A stretch of 39,075 nt of DNA, from positions 1 to 39,075 of the IMG/VR virus record IMGVR_UViG_3300016667_000286. One strand, 5' to 3'. The DNA comes from a virus. Taxonomy: Duplodnaviria > Caudoviricetes. The notes beneath the pieces are model-generated. The model searched no databases. It saw only the letters and a list, made by a program, of their open reading frames with translations, and was not told the DNA's origin. This document shows positions 17,830 through 31,275 of this stretch, piece after piece; positions within the stretch are counted from its first letter, which is position 1, and every line of letters begins with the position of its first letter. The position numbers were made by a program, and so were the translations under genes.

Positions 17830-20141
17830 CAGAAGCGCCCGTCAGGCTGGAGGCGGTAGCGGAAATTGCCGATGCGCCAGAACGATCCGAGATCCGTGCT
17901 TTCGATGCGGATTGACACCAGACGCCCCCGGAAACGCGGCGTGATGTAGGTCGTCGCCTGCGTCAGCGTGTAGGGTCCATAGACCGTCGGCGCGGTTCCG
18001 GCATAGTCCGTCACATAGAAATAGAGACGGATCTGCGCGTCCTGATCGCCGCCGTAATAACCCCATTTCATGTCGGGCCAGACTTGGTCGATAAACATCT
18101 TCACGTCGGCTTCGGTCAGCACGAAATAGCCGGTCTGGAAATACGATACGAGCGGCGAACCGTCGGCGTCCGTCGAGACTTCATGCTGCTGAAGGTAGCG
18201 GTTGAGATCCGCGCCGACGGGGCGACCGACGACGCTCTCATTGCTCCACGCGGAGCGCGAGACATAGGGGTTCGACGCCGAGTTGAAGCCGTAATCCCAC
18301 TGATCAAGAAGGACGTTGTATTTGATGTAGCCCCAGTTCTCGCCCGTGTTCGCGCCCGGCGTCGTGATCGGGAAATGCCACGCAACCTCGCCGAACTGGC
18401 TGTTCGGAGCGATGCGGATCTTGTCCACATGATCGCGGTCGAGATCCTGAAAGACGACATCCCAGACCGGGCATTTCAGCGGCTCGACGCCGCCGCCAGC
18501 CATGCGGAAAAACTGGTTCTGCCCCATCCAGTAAACGACGCCGTTCATGGAACCCGCCGCCTTGTGGCCGATCAGGCCGCAGCCGGTGCCGATCTCGTTG
18601 AACTGGTAGACATAGGGCGGACCCGTGTACTGCATCGCCCAGACGCCGAGATTGGTCCACACAATGCCCTGCTGCGGGCCTTGGATGCACTGGACGATGT
18701 GCGATCCCTTAGGAATGCGGTAGCTACCCGCCTGATTTTCGATTGTCGGTGCCCAAGTATCGTAGTTATTGACATCGCACCAGCGGATCAGCATCGGATC
18801 AGGCAGGCCTGTCTGGGTCGATCCCCACGCCACGATCTGGCGCTGCGGCATTGCGACGAAAAAGCCGTAATTTGCCGACGGCGCGTTGCCGATGGCGAGC
18901 GCGGTGCGTTCTCCGCTGTTCGGGTTCCAAGTGTAGATCGTGCCGCCATAGGGCGAGGCCAGCAGCGTCTCGCCCCAATTGTCGAGGCACCAATCCTCAG
19001 CATTGATCGGAACGCCCCCCTGCGACGGCGGCACGATGCCGAAGCCATAATCGCCTTCGCCGTAGAGGCCAAGGCCATATCCTTGATTGCCGTAAGCCGG
19101 GCCAATGGAACGGGCGTAAACGAAATTGGCGTTGCCCGAGTTTTCGTAGACCGTTTCCGCCGAATAGGCTTTCAGGTCGATGGAAATGTCGAACTGGCTG
19201 GCGCTGATGACTTCGTTGACGATGTAGCTGCCATAGACGGGAACGCCGCCGACCATTGTGGCGACGCGCGCCGGGAAGGTCGTTCCCTCAAGGTAGCCGT
19301 GGTTCGCCAATGTCACGCGGATCACGTCGCTGTTGAGATAGGACGTGTACTGCGGCACTGCGCCGCCAGACGCGACTGTCGATGTGGCGTTGACGGGATC
19401 GCCAAAAATGTCCGTGGCGATGATGCTGTAAGTGTTTGCTCCGACATAGGCGTTGTAGATCGCATACTGCCCGTACAGAACGAGGCCGCCAACCGCCACT
19501 TGCGTTCGAATGTCCACAACGTCCGTCGGGCTGACGGTCAAAGTTGGGTCGGTGATGTTGACGATGGGACTTCCCAGCGTGGTCGAGAAGCTGACCGTCG
19601 GATTGGAGGTCCACGATTGCGGCGTGATGTCGATCACGTCACCAGCATGAACAACGCTCAGAGCGCCACCGCCGCCATAGATCAATCCGCCCGAGACATA
19701 AGCGCCGGTAGCGGTGCTGGCATAGGTCAGCGTGTTTCCATTGATGCCGGTGATGTTGAACGTGCCATTGTAGGCGACCGGATTGACGCCAGAAATCTGG
19801 ATGGCGTAGCCGACCGTCAGATTGGCCGTGCCAGAGAAAGTGACCGTGACGACGGTTCCGCTGCCGCTGATATTGGTGATGGTGAGGGGCGCGCTGCCCT
19901 CCGCGCCGACCGCCAAATAGGCTTCCGTGTTCGTATCCGACCAAGGATGCAAGGCGCGAATGATCGAATTGAACTGGGTCGAGACATAGCGCGACCAGCC
20001 GCCGATCTTCTGCACGATGCCGCCGAGCGTCCGATCCGGCACGAAACGGACAAGCTGGCTCTCCGAGATCGCCGCCTCGTTCAGCGCGGGCGTCTTGGTC
20101 TGATCGACGCCCGGAATGAGTTTCAGCGACTGATGCGGCAT
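17829..20141 (-). CDS. Tail nozzle / packaged-DNA stabilisation-like protein (beta-propeller type)
   Basis: 770 aa with WCLDNWGETLLA, PMLIRWCD...AGSYRI, GCGLIG..A...NGVVYWMG and RFRGRLVSIRIES motifs. It follows an adaptor-like gene. Confidence 0.7.
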   Translation of the reverse strand: MPHQSLKLIPGVDQTKTPALNEAAISESQLVRFVPDRTLGGIVQKIGGWSRYVSTQFNSIIRALHPWSDTNTEAYLAVGAEGSAPLTITNISGSGTVVTVTFSGTANLTVGYAIQISGVNPVAYNGTFNITGINGNTLTYASTATGAYVSGGLIYGGGGALSVVHAGDVIDITPQSWTSNPTVSFSTTLGSPIVNITDPTLTVSPTDVVDIRTQVAVGGLVLYGQYAIYNAYVGANTYSIIATDIFGDPVNATSTVASGGAVPQYTSYLNSDVIRVTLANHGYLEGTTFPARVATMVGGVPVYGSYIVNEVISASQFDISIDLKAYSAETVYENSGNANFVYARSIGPAYGNQGYGLGLYGEGDYGFGIVPPSQGGVPINAEDWCLDNWGETLLASPYGGTIYTWNPNSGERTALAIGNAPSANYGFFVAMPQRQIVAWGSTQTGLPDPMLIRWCDVNNYDTWAPTIENQAGSYRIPKGSHIVQCIQGPQQGIVWTNLGVWAMQYTGPPYVYQFNEIGTGCGLIGHKAAGSMNGVVYWMGQNQFFRMAGGGVEPLKCPVWDVVFQDLDRDHVDKIRIAPNSQFGEVAWHFPITTPGANTGENWGYIKYNVLLDQWDYGFNSASNPYVSRSAWSNESVVGRPVGADLNRYLQQHEVSTDADGSPLVSYFQTGYFVLTEADVKMFIDQVWPDMKWGYYGGDQDAQIRLYFYVTDYAGTAPTVYGPYTLTQATTYITPRFRGRLVSIRIESTDLGSFWRIGNFRYRLQPDGRF

Positions 20142-20144
20142 GGA

Positions 20145-20882
20145 TCAGCCTCGCGTCGGAGTGGCGACCGAAGAAGGCGACTGCGACGACCACGCCGCAG
20201 CCTCAAACTTCTTCCGGTTCTCTTCCATCATGGCCGACTTCAGAAGCGCCTGATACTGGCTCTCGTAAGTCACGGCCATCTGCGGATCATCATTGGCCCG
20301 GCCAAAGTTGCGCTGGTAAGCCGAGACATAGATCATCGACGCCATAATGAAGAGGTCGGGCAAATAGAGCGAGATGAACGTCGTCTTGTTCGTTGCGGAC
20401 ATGCTGTCCGGGCGATAGGTGCCGACGATCTCGCACGAATAATTCTGGTCAGGATAGGGGCCGACGAGGAACGTATAGTCATCAAACGGGCAGAAATATT
20501 GCGGGACACCCCGATTTGCGACCGCCCCCGATCCATAGACAGTGTCAAGGAACTCCTTGGTCGTCGGCAGAAGCGGCGTCCGCGTTGCCAGATCCGGGTT
20601 GGACGAGCCGACAAGGACGTTGATCTGCTCTGGCACGACAATGGTGCCCGCAGGGACGGAGATCTGGCGCGACCCGGCGGTCAGGCCATAGGCTGTCGTC
20701 GCAATCGACGTGAACAGGAAATCGAGATCACGGTAAATCCGGTTCTCGGCGTAGGTGATCATCTGAGGGAGGATGATCTGGAAAGCCGGGTCGGCAGCGT
20801 CCACGACGGCCATCGTGGCGATCTGGGTCACATAGCTGGTCGTGCCAGCCACTGACCCGTCGTAACTCAGCCCAGTCGTCAT
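20145..20882 (-). CDS. Head-tail adaptor / tail tubular protein A-like
   Basis: ITYAENRIYRDL, GVPQYF, VGPYPDQNY, YLPDLFIMASM and YESQYQALL pattern of podoviral adaptors. Confidence 0.7.
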   Translation of the reverse strand: MTTGLSYDGSVAGTTSYVTQIATMAVVDAADPAFQIILPQMITYAENRIYRDLDFLFTSIATTAYGLTAGSRQISVPAGTIVVPEQINVLVGSSNPDLATRTPLLPTTKEFLDTVYGSGAVANRGVPQYFCPFDDYTFLVGPYPDQNYSCEIVGTYRPDSMSATNKTTFISLYLPDLFIMASMIYVSAYQRNFGRANDDPQMAVTYESQYQALLKSAMMEENRKKFEAAAWSSQSPSSVATPTRG

Positions 20883-20910
20883 TTGGGAACTCCGTTTCCA
20901 CGGAATTGTA

Positions 20911-21438
20911 TCACGTTACAGGGGCTTTCGTCATCTCGACCGCCTTGCGGCTTACGTCATTGACCCGGCGTCCCCATCCCTTTCCGAAGACCGGCCACGT
21001 TTTCAGGCTCTGGAGAAAGGCCTCGCGCGCGGCGCAAAGCGAGCGGATAACGTCGGCGGGCGGCAGGGAGCCGACCTCCGCCAGCGTCTTTGGGCCGATC
21101 ACGCCGTCCGGGTCAGCCCCAACGACCGTCTGAAGCATCTTGGCCGCGCGCTCGACGCCGCTGTTCACGGCGAAATCATAGGTCGCGTAATCGACGCCGA
21201 GCGGCAAGCTGTCGCCCCGGATCTTGTCCCAGTACATCCGTTTGTAGAGCGGCTTGACCATGTCGGGCGTCAGCGAGCGCATGTCGGCCTCATCGACCCG
21301 GTGGCCGACGAACTCCTCCCAAACCCGCTTGGTGACGCCGAGATTGGTCATCCCGCCGGGATCTTGCGGGTGGTTCACGAAGCCGCCTTCATGCTTCAGG
21401 ACCAGCCTGAAACACTGATCCCAGTTGCGCGCCGCCAT
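20911..21438 (-). CDS. Endolysin, glycoside hydrolase family 108 with peptidoglycan-binding domain
   Basis: HEGGFVNHPQDPGGMTNLGVT, YDFAVNSG, DGVIGPKT and FGKGWGRRV. Confidence 0.93.
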   Translation of the reverse strand: MAARNWDQCFRLVLKHEGGFVNHPQDPGGMTNLGVTKRVWEEFVGHRVDEADMRSLTPDMVKPLYKRMYWDKIRGDSLPLGVDYATYDFAVNSGVERAAKMLQTVVGADPDGVIGPKTLAEVGSLPPADVIRSLCAAREAFLQSLKTWPVFGKGWGRRVNDVSRKAVEMTKAPVT

Positions 21439-21439
21439 T

Positions 21440-21958
21440 TCAGCGCCCCCGCGCGATCAGGATGTCCTTGGCCTTGGAACTGGCCGAAGACCCGAAATAA
21501 TAGGACACGACCGCCACGAAGCTGGTCTGAAGACCGCCCAACATGATCATGACCACGTCGCCGCTGCCCTTCGGGACGCCGTAGACGAACAGCCAGAACA
21601 GGACACCAAAGAAGCCAAAGGTGATGCCAGCCGCTAGCATGGTCGGGGTCCAGTCCTTGACTTCCATCTCGCGCCTGCGGGCGCTGTCGCGGTCATCCGC
21701 CGAGATCCGCTCAAGGTCGATTTCCAGTTCGGCCATGCGCGTCTTGAAGGCGGCGTCGGTCTTCCGCAATTCCGCCAACTGTTCCGGCGTGGCACCGGAC
21801 AATGCTTCCGCGATTTCGCGCACGGAGCCGGTTGTCTTGCCCAGCAGGGCATCGGAGATGGTCTTGGTGGCGACGCCCGCCAGCGGGCCTCCCAGCGCCG
21901 TGGCGAGGGTCGGCGCGATTTCACCCAGCAGCGGCCCGAAGGCCTTGAGAAGGTCCAT
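21440..21958 (-). CDS. Holin (GTA-type 3TM-like)
   Basis: APTLATALGGPLAG, DRDSARRRE, two hydrophobic helices and YYFGSS. Adjacent to the endolysin. Confidence 0.8.
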   Translation of the reverse strand: MDLLKAFGPLLGEIAPTLATALGGPLAGVATKTISDALLGKTTGSVREIAEALSGATPEQLAELRKTDAAFKTRMAELEIDLERISADDRDSARRREMEVKDWTPTMLAAGITFGFFGVLFWLFVYGVPKGSGDVVMIMLGGLQTSFVAVVSYYFGSSASSKAKDILIARGR

Positions 21959-21971
21959 GTCAGCCCCCGGC

Positions 21972-22217
21972 TTATTTGTCCGCTTTCTTGTCCTTTAGGT
22001 CGTCGATCTTCTTGAAGACCTCGCCGAACAGCTCCTTCAGCTCCTTCATGCCTTCTCGGAACTCATCCCGCTTGATGTAATGGTTCGGCAAATCGACTTC
22101 CAATTTATGGATGTCATCGCGCAATTCCTTGATCGCGCCCCAGATCTCTCTCCCAAACCAGCCCAAAGCCGAAAGCGCCCCGGCCAAGGCCAGATTGATG
22201 ATGGTCTGCTGGTCCAT
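21972..22217 (-). CDS. Small membrane protein (lysis-cassette associated)
   Basis: N-terminal hydrophobic helix followed by a coiled coil ending KKADK. Confidence 0.7.
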   Translation of the reverse strand: MDQQTIINLALAGALSALGWFGREIWGAIKELRDDIHKLEVDLPNHYIKRDEFREGMKELKELFGEVFKKIDDLKDKKADK

Positions 22218-22218
22218 G

Positions 22219-23307
22219 TCAGGCTTCTCCATGACCATCACCGGACAGGCCTTCGGCAATCAGCCGAACATTGGCCTGTAATCGTTCATTGTCCGGCTCC
22301 AGTTCAACGGCCTTCTTGGCCTCCTCCAGCGCGTTCTCAACCATCCCCAGCCTCCAATAGGCGATAGCGGCGAGATCGTGCGGCTGCGCGCCCCAGACTG
22401 CCGGATCACAGGTGTAGACCTTGCTGCGGTCCTCAATGGCGAGCGCCCGGCGCGCAAAGGCGAGACACTCCTCCCAACGATGCAGGCGATAGGCGAGCAT
22501 CGCCAGTTCGCACCACGGTTCGCGGGTGTCGGGAGCCTCCGCCGCCGCCTTCAGGAAGGCGTTTTCCGCCTCATAGGGACGGCTCATTTCAGCCCAGCAG
22601 CGGCCCATCACACGGTAGGCGTAGCAGCGTTCATTGGCCCATGTGGCCTGCGGCATGGCGAGATATTTTTCGCAAGCGGCGATGGCGTCTTCCCAGCGAC
22701 GGTGGAAGGACAATTCACGCGCATAATAGAAGGCGTTGCGCGGACAGTTCGGATCTTCCTTGACTGACAATTCGAGCAGATCGAGATATTGCCCCCGGCT
22801 CTTGTTGGGATCTGGCTGATGCACCGCCAGCAGCATGTCGGTCTGCGCCCAGACTTCCGTGATCCGGCCATCCGCCACCGGATATTCATGGCAGGGATGG
22901 TGCCAGAAATAACCGTGCCGGGCGTGGATCTTCTCGTAGAAGAACTGGATGCCTGCGCCCCAGTCGAACATATAACGCAGCCGGGTCGTCTCGCCCTTTT
23001 TCCAAACCCGCTCGATTTCATCGCGCCAACCCGGTTGCAAGACCTCGTCAATGTCGAGGCTGACGCATACGTCAATGTCGGCGGGGATCAGGGCCAAGGC
23101 GGCGTTCCGAGCCAGATCGAAGCGCCACGGGCTGATATGGATCGAATGGACGACCGCGCCATGCTCACGCGCGACATCTGGCAGGCCGTCCGTCGATCCG
23201 GTGTCCGCGATCATGACCAGATCCGCATCCTTGGCCGACGCGCAAAAGCGAGGCACAAAATGCGCCTCGTTTTTCGAGATGGCGTAGACGCAGATCTTGA
23301 GGGTCAT
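22219..23307 (-). CDS. GT2-family glycosyltransferase with C-terminal TPR repeats
   Basis: ICVYAISKNE, DTGSTD, RFDLARNAAL, LDIDE (DxD) and HE motifs, followed by TPR-like helical repeats. Confidence 0.9.
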   Translation of the reverse strand: MTLKICVYAISKNEAHFVPRFCASAKDADLVMIADTGSTDGLPDVAREHGAVVHSIHISPWRFDLARNAALALIPADIDVCVSLDIDEVLQPGWRDEIERVWKKGETTRLRYMFDWGAGIQFFYEKIHARHGYFWHHPCHEYPVADGRITEVWAQTDMLLAVHQPDPNKSRGQYLDLLELSVKEDPNCPRNAFYYARELSFHRRWEDAIAACEKYLAMPQATWANERCYAYRVMGRCWAEMSRPYEAENAFLKAAAEAPDTREPWCELAMLAYRLHRWEECLAFARRALAIEDRSKVYTCDPAVWGAQPHDLAAIAYWRLGMVENALEEAKKAVELEPDNERLQANVRLIAEGLSGDGHGEA

Positions 23308-23310
23308 AGA

Positions 23311-23628
23311 TCACTCGGGAAACGGCGGCGGGACCGGGATGACGGGCGGGTTCTTCTGCTGCTCAATCTGGGCAGCGATGATAGCCTCCATCTGAGGAAC
23401 GTCCACATATTTGGAGACTTCATTCACCGTCCATTCTTTGGTGATTTCGTCAAAGGGGACGAAATCAGTCGGATCAGGATCAGGAAGCGTCACCGAACCG
23501 TAAACTTCGGACGAGAACGTGCCATCAGACCCGGTCAAACGCCAGTGAATGATTTTGACGACGTTTTCCATCGTGCCCTCGACGGGGACGATTTCAAACT
23601 GCGGGAAGATCCAATTGTAAGTGATCAT
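23311..23628 (-). CDS. Putative tail fibre assembly / accessory protein
   Basis: 105-aa acidic ORF (NVVKIIHWRL, FVPFDEITKEW) directly after a tail fibre gene. Confidence 0.65.
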   Translation of the reverse strand: MITYNWIFPQFEIVPVEGTMENVVKIIHWRLTGSDGTFSSEVYGSVTLPDPDPTDFVPFDEITKEWTVNEVSKYVDVPQMEAIIAAQIEQQKNPPVIPVPPPFPE

Positions 23629-23637
23629 GGTGGCTCC

Positions 23638-26091
23638 TTACCTGAAGACCGAGATGTTGACGATTTCGCTGTCCTGATAGCTTCCGCCACCTGAAATATT
23701 GAACAGGCGCAGGACGAAAGACGATGTTGTCATGGATGAAATGTCGAAGCCGCCCCAACCAGTTCCGATCAATCCGGTGGCGACATTGACGCAGTAATTG
23801 GCGTCCGGCATCGCCGTGGAGAAGGTGATCGTGTACTGGCCCGCGCTGCTGCGGGTGATCGACGCGATATTGCCAGAGCCGCGAATGGTGGCGGTCGTGC
23901 CGTCAAAATTGACCCAAGCGCGGCAACCATAGGCGACCGCCGCAGACCCGTATCCGGAGTTGAAGGACAGGTTTCCGGCCACCGATGCCGTGGACTGCAT
24001 GGTTGCCGCACCGCCGACCGAGATGGTCGAGGAGATGCTGGCTGCGCCAACCACGTCCAGCTTGTTGGATGGGCTTGCCGTCCCAATGCCGACATTGCCA
24101 GCCGCCGTGACCGTCACGCGAGACGTTCCAGAGGTCGTCAGCGACACAGTTGAGCCGCCAACCAGAAGCGGCTGGTAGGTGCTTTCGCTGGCATCCGTCG
24201 CATCCACAATCATGCCAACGCCAGACGACGAAATGAAGCGCGTGGCATAGGACGCGCCGCTGAAGCGCACAAAGCTGGTCGCGCTGTCGCCTGTGACGAC
24301 CTGAAGCCTTTTGGACGGGGAGGCCGTTCCGATGCCAAAATTGCCTGCGCTGGTCAGCGTCGCGCTGACGGCTCCCGCCGTGTAAAGGCCAAGCGTCTGG
24401 TTCGTTCCGTCCAGATAAATGCCGGAACGAACATCTCCAGATGCTCCGCCGGAATAGGAGTAAACGAACTTGTTACCGGAGGTTTGATAGTCTCCGCTGG
24501 TCCTGATCGTGCCCGCGACATCCAGCTTCGTTCCGGGCGAATTGGTGCCAATGCCGATATCACCGGAAGCCGTGACGCGAGCGCGCTCGACATTGTTCGT
24601 CGAGACGATGAACGGAGCCGACGTTGTTGTTCCGATGACATAGGATGTCGCGCCGCTGGCCTGCGTGTACGCCTCTCCGGTCCCATAAACGGTTGTGGCG
24701 ACCGATGAAGATCCAGCGGTCGCAACGGATTGAGCAATGTCCGTCACCAAACTTCCGGCGACACGGGTGTAAGACGACACCGTTCCTGATGCTCGGTAGA
24801 CATCCAGAGCATAAGATGGAGACGACGTTCCAACGCCAAGACGGCCAGATGCGTCAAGGCGCATCCGCTCCGTGCCATCGACGCCGAACGTCAGGATGGT
24901 GCTTGCGCCTGAATTGGTCGGATCAGACTGGATCGAAATTGACCGGGTCGTGTTGCTAAGGTTCTGAACACCGCCGGAATAAACATCATCAGAATTGCTT
25001 CCGACGTAAATCTGGCTGGAGGCCTTGACCGTCCCGACAACCTGAAGCGCATTGGTCGGTGCAGTAGCGCCAGACCCAATGCCGACATTGCCCGCAAAAT
25101 AGTTTTGCGCGGTGCCGTTCATGAAGACGTTCCAGCGGTTTGATCCCGCTGCAATATCTCCGAAGAAACCGTAATTGTTGGTGGCGTTGGTCAGGTTGAA
25201 TTGAGCCAGATAACCATACTGGCTGGTGATCGTGGCGTTGTCGCCATTGGTCGAGCCAGACGCCATGTAATGATAGACGCCGCTGACCGTGTAGGGCGTC
25301 GCATTTGAAACAGGCGTCAAGATCGAGCGATAACCATAGGCAGAAGACACATCGGCGCTTAGGTTCGCCTGAGTGTAATTACCATATGACGCCGAGCCAG
25401 ACAGTGTTCGGCGATTGTAAAAAGACACCGTGCTTGTGCCAGATCCGCCAAGGGCAAGATTTCCGTCGCTGGCGAGACGCAGTTTTTCGGACGAATTGGT
25501 CTGAAACGAAATGTCGGACGCAACGCTGGTGCCAATGCGGTAGGCCGACGGAGAATTGGAGATCGTGTAGGCCTCACCCGTGCCATAGACGATGTGCTGG
25601 ATGCTGTAGGTGTTGGCCTGCGTTGCCGTATTGGCTGTGTCAGAAATCGTTGTGCCAGCATTGCGCGTGTAGGATACAACCGCCCCAGACGCGACATAGG
25701 CGTCAAGCAGGGATGCAGGAGACGACGTTCCGACGCCGACACGGCCATCCGCCGTGACGACCAAAGCAGGGGACGGATCGCTTGCCTGATCCTCGACATA
25801 GAGCGCCGCGCCCGCGCCGGTCTGCGTGACCTTCAAAGCCGGGTCTGTGGTATTGGCGGTGATCGTGGCCCTTCCGCTGACCGCAATGCCTGACGTGGAC
25901 GATACCGTTCCGTCGATCTTCAGCGTCTTTCCAGATCCGACATTCAGGCCGACCGACGTTCCCGTGCCCGCTGCGGCGAACACGTCGTCGATCTTCTGCA
26001 AATCATCATTGACCTTCACGCCCCATGTGTCGCGCGATCCGCCGACTTCCGGCTTGACGAGGCCAAGGTTGGTGGTTGTCGTGTCAGCCAT
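23638..26091 (-). CDS. Tail fibre protein
   Basis: [17 protein letters not shown] anchor, repeated GNVGIGT.SP modules, and C-terminal CRAWVNFDG...GNIASIT...[16 protein letters not shown] domain. Confidence 0.88.
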   Translation of the reverse strand: MADTTTTNLGLVKPEVGGSRDTWGVKVNDDLQKIDDVFAAAGTGTSVGLNVGSGKTLKIDGTVSSTSGIAVSGRATITANTTDPALKVTQTGAGAALYVEDQASDPSPALVVTADGRVGVGTSSPASLLDAYVASGAVVSYTRNAGTTISDTANTATQANTYSIQHIVYGTGEAYTISNSPSAYRIGTSVASDISFQTNSSEKLRLASDGNLALGGSGTSTVSFYNRRTLSGSASYGNYTQANLSADVSSAYGYRSILTPVSNATPYTVSGVYHYMASGSTNGDNATITSQYGYLAQFNLTNATNNYGFFGDIAAGSNRWNVFMNGTAQNYFAGNVGIGSGATAPTNALQVVGTVKASSQIYVGSNSDDVYSGGVQNLSNTTRSISIQSDPTNSGASTILTFGVDGTERMRLDASGRLGVGTSSPSYALDVYRASGTVSSYTRVAGSLVTDIAQSVATAGSSSVATTVYGTGEAYTQASGATSYVIGTTTSAPFIVSTNNVERARVTASGDIGIGTNSPGTKLDVAGTIRTSGDYQTSGNKFVYSYSGGASGDVRSGIYLDGTNQTLGLYTAGAVSATLTSAGNFGIGTASPSKRLQVVTGDSATSFVRFSGASYATRFISSSGVGMIVDATDASESTYQPLLVGGSTVSLTTSGTSRVTVTAAGNVGIGTASPSNKLDVVGAASISSTISVGGAATMQSTASVAGNLSFNSGYGSAAVAYGCRAWVNFDGTTATIRGSGNIASITRSSAGQYTITFSTAMPDANYCVNVATGLIGTGWGGFDISSMTTSSFVLRLFNISGGGSYQDSEIVNISVFR

Positions 26092-26092
26092 C

Positions 26093-28786
<2,694 letters not shown>

Positions 28787-29062
28787 TTACACCGAAGTGA
28801 TTGTCTGCCAGCCAGAGGCCGTGCGGACGCAGAGTTTCTGGAGGGTGGTGTCAAAGACGATCTGCCCGACCAGAGCCGGGAGCGCCGTCTTCTGCGCCGT
28901 TGTGACGTTCTGGGCGACCATCACGCGCGCGAGATCCGCGATCTGCTGCGTCGTGCAGCGCGCCGAAGTGCCCGCCTGCACGATCTCGACCTGTTCAGCG
29001 CCCGACAGCGACGTGGCGACAGGCAAGTTCGGGATCTGGATATTGCTGGCGTATCTCGGCAT
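28787..29062 (-). CDS. Small paralogue of the collagen-fibre N-terminal anchor domain
   Basis: [23 protein letters not shown] is nearly identical to the N-terminus of the next gene. Confidence 0.8.
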   Translation of the reverse strand: MPRYASNIQIPNLPVATSLSGAEQVEIVQAGTSARCTTQQIADLARVMVAQNVTTAQKTALPALVGQIVFDTTLQKLCVRTASGWQTITSV

Positions 29063-29574
29063 CAGAGCGGCCCCGTCTTCGGCACTTCGTCAAAGCCATA
29101 CGGAAGGCCCGGATCAGCATCGCCCGGAGCGTTCGGATCAGTGCCGGGCTCCTGATTGCGCCCGCCCGGCGGCTCGCCGGTCTGCTGCGTGACGCGGGTC
29201 TTGTCGGGCTCGTCGTCAATCGACGTGACGCGCGTGTCGCCCTGCTGAACCGGAAGGCCTGTCTTGGGATCGACCGCGTTGAAGCCAGAAAGCTGACGAC
29301 GGTCGATTTCATCCCATGCATAGGGCTCGACGCGCGGATTGGTGACCGGCACCGGATCGGCGGGAATGACGATGGCGCGCAATTGGCTCTGCGGCTCGTC
29401 ATAGCAGGACGAGCAGACAAGCATCTTCTTGTTGATCAGGCTTGCGCCCGCCCAGTCATATTGCCACCGCAACTGGTCGCGGTTGTACCAGATGGCGCAA
29501 CGGTCGCAGACGCCGAACGCGCGCGGATTGCTGGCGCTCGTTCTTGCCCGGCCTGACCTCGACGCATACCCCAT
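29062..29574 (-). CDS. Hypothetical virion-region protein with CxxC...CxxC
   Basis: AFGVCDRC...LVCSSCYDEPQSQL. Confidence 0.75.
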   Translation of the reverse strand: MGYASRSGRARTSASNPRAFGVCDRCAIWYNRDQLRWQYDWAGASLINKKMLVCSSCYDEPQSQLRAIVIPADPVPVTNPRVEPYAWDEIDRRQLSGFNAVDPKTGLPVQQGDTRVTSIDDEPDKTRVTQQTGEPPGGRNQEPGTDPNAPGDADPGLPYGFDEVPKTGPL

Positions 29575-29583
29575 TGCCCCTCC

Positions 29584-30276
29584 TTAGCGGAAATAGCCGC
29601 CGATCATGGGCGAGATGTATTGTTGCGCGGTTTCGATGTTCTGGTCGGCAGCGATCTGATAGGCCTCGTCGGCCATCGGCTTCAGCGTCGGCGCAAGAGC
29701 CGGTTGCCAGATCTGCGCCAGCCGGAAAGCCAAGCCATAGGCGAAAGCCTCCAGCCATAGATAGGGGATCTCGACCGTCTGGCCGTTGCCGAACCCGGCG
29801 TCCTGAATGCGAGTGACGCGGTAATATTTCAGGAACTGCGGGCCATTGTCGGTGTTCGGAACCGGCCAGAGCGTGACCGTCGGATTGATCAGGCGGTCGA
29901 ACCAGTAAACCGTCGGATAGCCCTGCTGCTCCTTGTTGGGATACGAGGCGTATTCCGTGCGGCTGACCGGAAGGATGATGCGGTCGATGTTCGCGCCGCT
30001 GTCGTCGTTGGTGACATAGGCGTCAAGGATGACAACCGTCTTGGCGTCCACCGGATAGGTGGCGACGCCGGTGACGAGCGGCGTCTCGACCAGATCGACC
30101 TTCCAGAGATTGACGCCTTGGTTGGCCCAGCGCGACAGCAGCATGTTCGCCGCCATGCGGGCGCTTTCCATATGCTCTTGCAGCAGCGCCGTGTTCCGAA
30201 TGCCGACAAGATTGAACGCATAAAGCGTGATCTCGCCAAGCCCCGGATTGAACGTGTAGGTGCCGCTGGTCGTCAT
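29584..30276 (-). CDS. Head-tail adaptor-like protein
   Basis: MTTSGTYTFN, WANQGVNLW, SRTEYASYPNKEQQGYPT, LWPVP and EAFAYGLAFRLA. Confidence 0.7.
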   Translation of the reverse strand: MTTSGTYTFNPGLGEITLYAFNLVGIRNTALLQEHMESARMAANMLLSRWANQGVNLWKVDLVETPLVTGVATYPVDAKTVVILDAYVTNDDSGANIDRIILPVSRTEYASYPNKEQQGYPTVYWFDRLINPTVTLWPVPNTDNGPQFLKYYRVTRIQDAGFGNGQTVEIPYLWLEAFAYGLAFRLAQIWQPALAPTLKPMADEAYQIAADQNIETAQQYISPMIGGYFR

Positions 30277-30285
30277 CGGTCAGCC

Positions 30286-30633
30286 TCAGTAGGGCGCGTT
30301 GGCAAACTGCGCGATGGTCATGCGGCACGAGCCATCGCCCGCCGTCTGCTTCAGGCGCACGAAGGTCGGCGTGGCGGCAAGCGCGCCCGTAGCCGATGCC
30401 GTCTTGTTGACGATGGCGCTGTCGGCGGCGTCGTTCCAGACCATGCTGTTCTGGGCGACCGGAGCGACCGGGCTGTTGGGATCGTCCATAGACGTTTCGA
30501 CCGTGTAGGTGGCCGTACCCGTGACGGCGACCTGAATGACCGACTGCGCGTGAGCGAAACTGTCCATGCGAACCGGGCGGCTGTATTTGGTCGCCGCGCT
30601 CGCGTCAGACGTTGAAACGGTGATGGGCTGCAT
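30286..30633 (-). CDS. Putative virion structural protein
   Basis: 115-aa beta-rich ORF with AAGGA RBS in the head/neck operon. Confidence 0.7.
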   Translation of the reverse strand: MQPITVSTSDASAATKYSRPVRMDSFAHAQSVIQVAVTGTATYTVETSMDDPNSPVAPVAQNSMVWNDAADSAIVNKTASATGALAATPTFVRLKQTAGDGSCRMTIAQFANAPY

Positions 30634-30689
30634 CGTCAGATCCTTTTCTCACACCAAAATAGCACATCAGGCGCGATTTCACGAACGCT

Positions 30690-30953
30690 TCAGCAATCCC
30701 ATTTGCGAAGCGACTTGTTGATCCGGCTGTCAGGATCATTTTTCGTCTTCGCGCCGGTCAGTTTTGCTTTCATGCCCTGCATGCGGGCGCAAAACGAGCG
30801 ACGGCGCGCAGCGTCCATATCGGACTTCTGCGCCTGTTCGCGCGACACCGGCGGCTTGATGTTGTGCCCCTCGCGCTTGAGCGAGGCGCGACCTTTGGCG
30901 TTCAATCCGCCTTCAGGGTTCTTGCCTTCCTTGCGGGTCCATGCGCCAGCCAT
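30690..30953 (-). CDS. Small basic conserved phage protein (DUF6321-like)
   Basis: AWTRKEGKNPEGGLNAKGRAS...RRRSFCARM...DPDSRINKSLRKWDC, with GGAGG RBS. Confidence 0.8.
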   Translation of the reverse strand: MAGAWTRKEGKNPEGGLNAKGRASLKREGHNIKPPVSREQAQKSDMDAARRRSFCARMQGMKAKLTGAKTKNDPDSRINKSLRKWDC

Positions 30954-30968
30954 TTGTCCCTCCATATG

Positions 30969-30993
30969 CAAACGGGGGCACGAATGCCCCCGC
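30969..30993 (-). terminator. Probable terminator hairpin
   Basis: Minus strand CGGGGGCA-TTCG-TGCCCCCG followed by TTT. Confidence 0.55.
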
Positions 30994-31018
30994 CGCGAAA
31001 CAATCCCTTGCGGGGATC

Positions 31019-31255
31019 TCAGTAATGCGAAGCCTTGCCACGGGGCGTTCCCGCGCCAGCAGCGGACGACATGACCGAACCGCCCGACTTGCGGGGCTTG
31101 CGGCCCGCATGGCACGGAGCCTTCTTGCCTTCCATCGCAACGGCCTTGCCGCCCTTCTTGAAGCCGTCGGCCTTCGACGCCATAGCGGCGGCGGTGCCGG
31201 AGTTCGCGCCCGAGAAAAACTTGGCGGGGAGCTTCTTGCCAGACTTACCCTTCAT
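31019..31255 (-). CDS. Small basic protein carrying two xxxGG motifs
   Basis: GGAGG RBS, and FKKGGKA and RKSGGSV motifs shared with 37250..38824. Confidence 0.7.
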   Translation of the reverse strand: MKGKSGKKLPAKFFSGANSGTAAAMASKADGFKKGGKAVAMEGKKAPCHAGRKPRKSGGSVMSSAAGAGTPRGKASHY

Positions 31256-31275
31256 GATGACCTCCTGCGGTCAAA

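Noticed and set aside
18084-20855. 923-aa plus-strand ORF, and similar long ORFs at 41-1267, 10925-12247, 13148-14746, 31942-33000 and 35391-36551
   Set aside because: These are antisense shadows of well-supported minus-strand genes. They are Arg-rich with no motifs, as expected from GC-rich codon bias.
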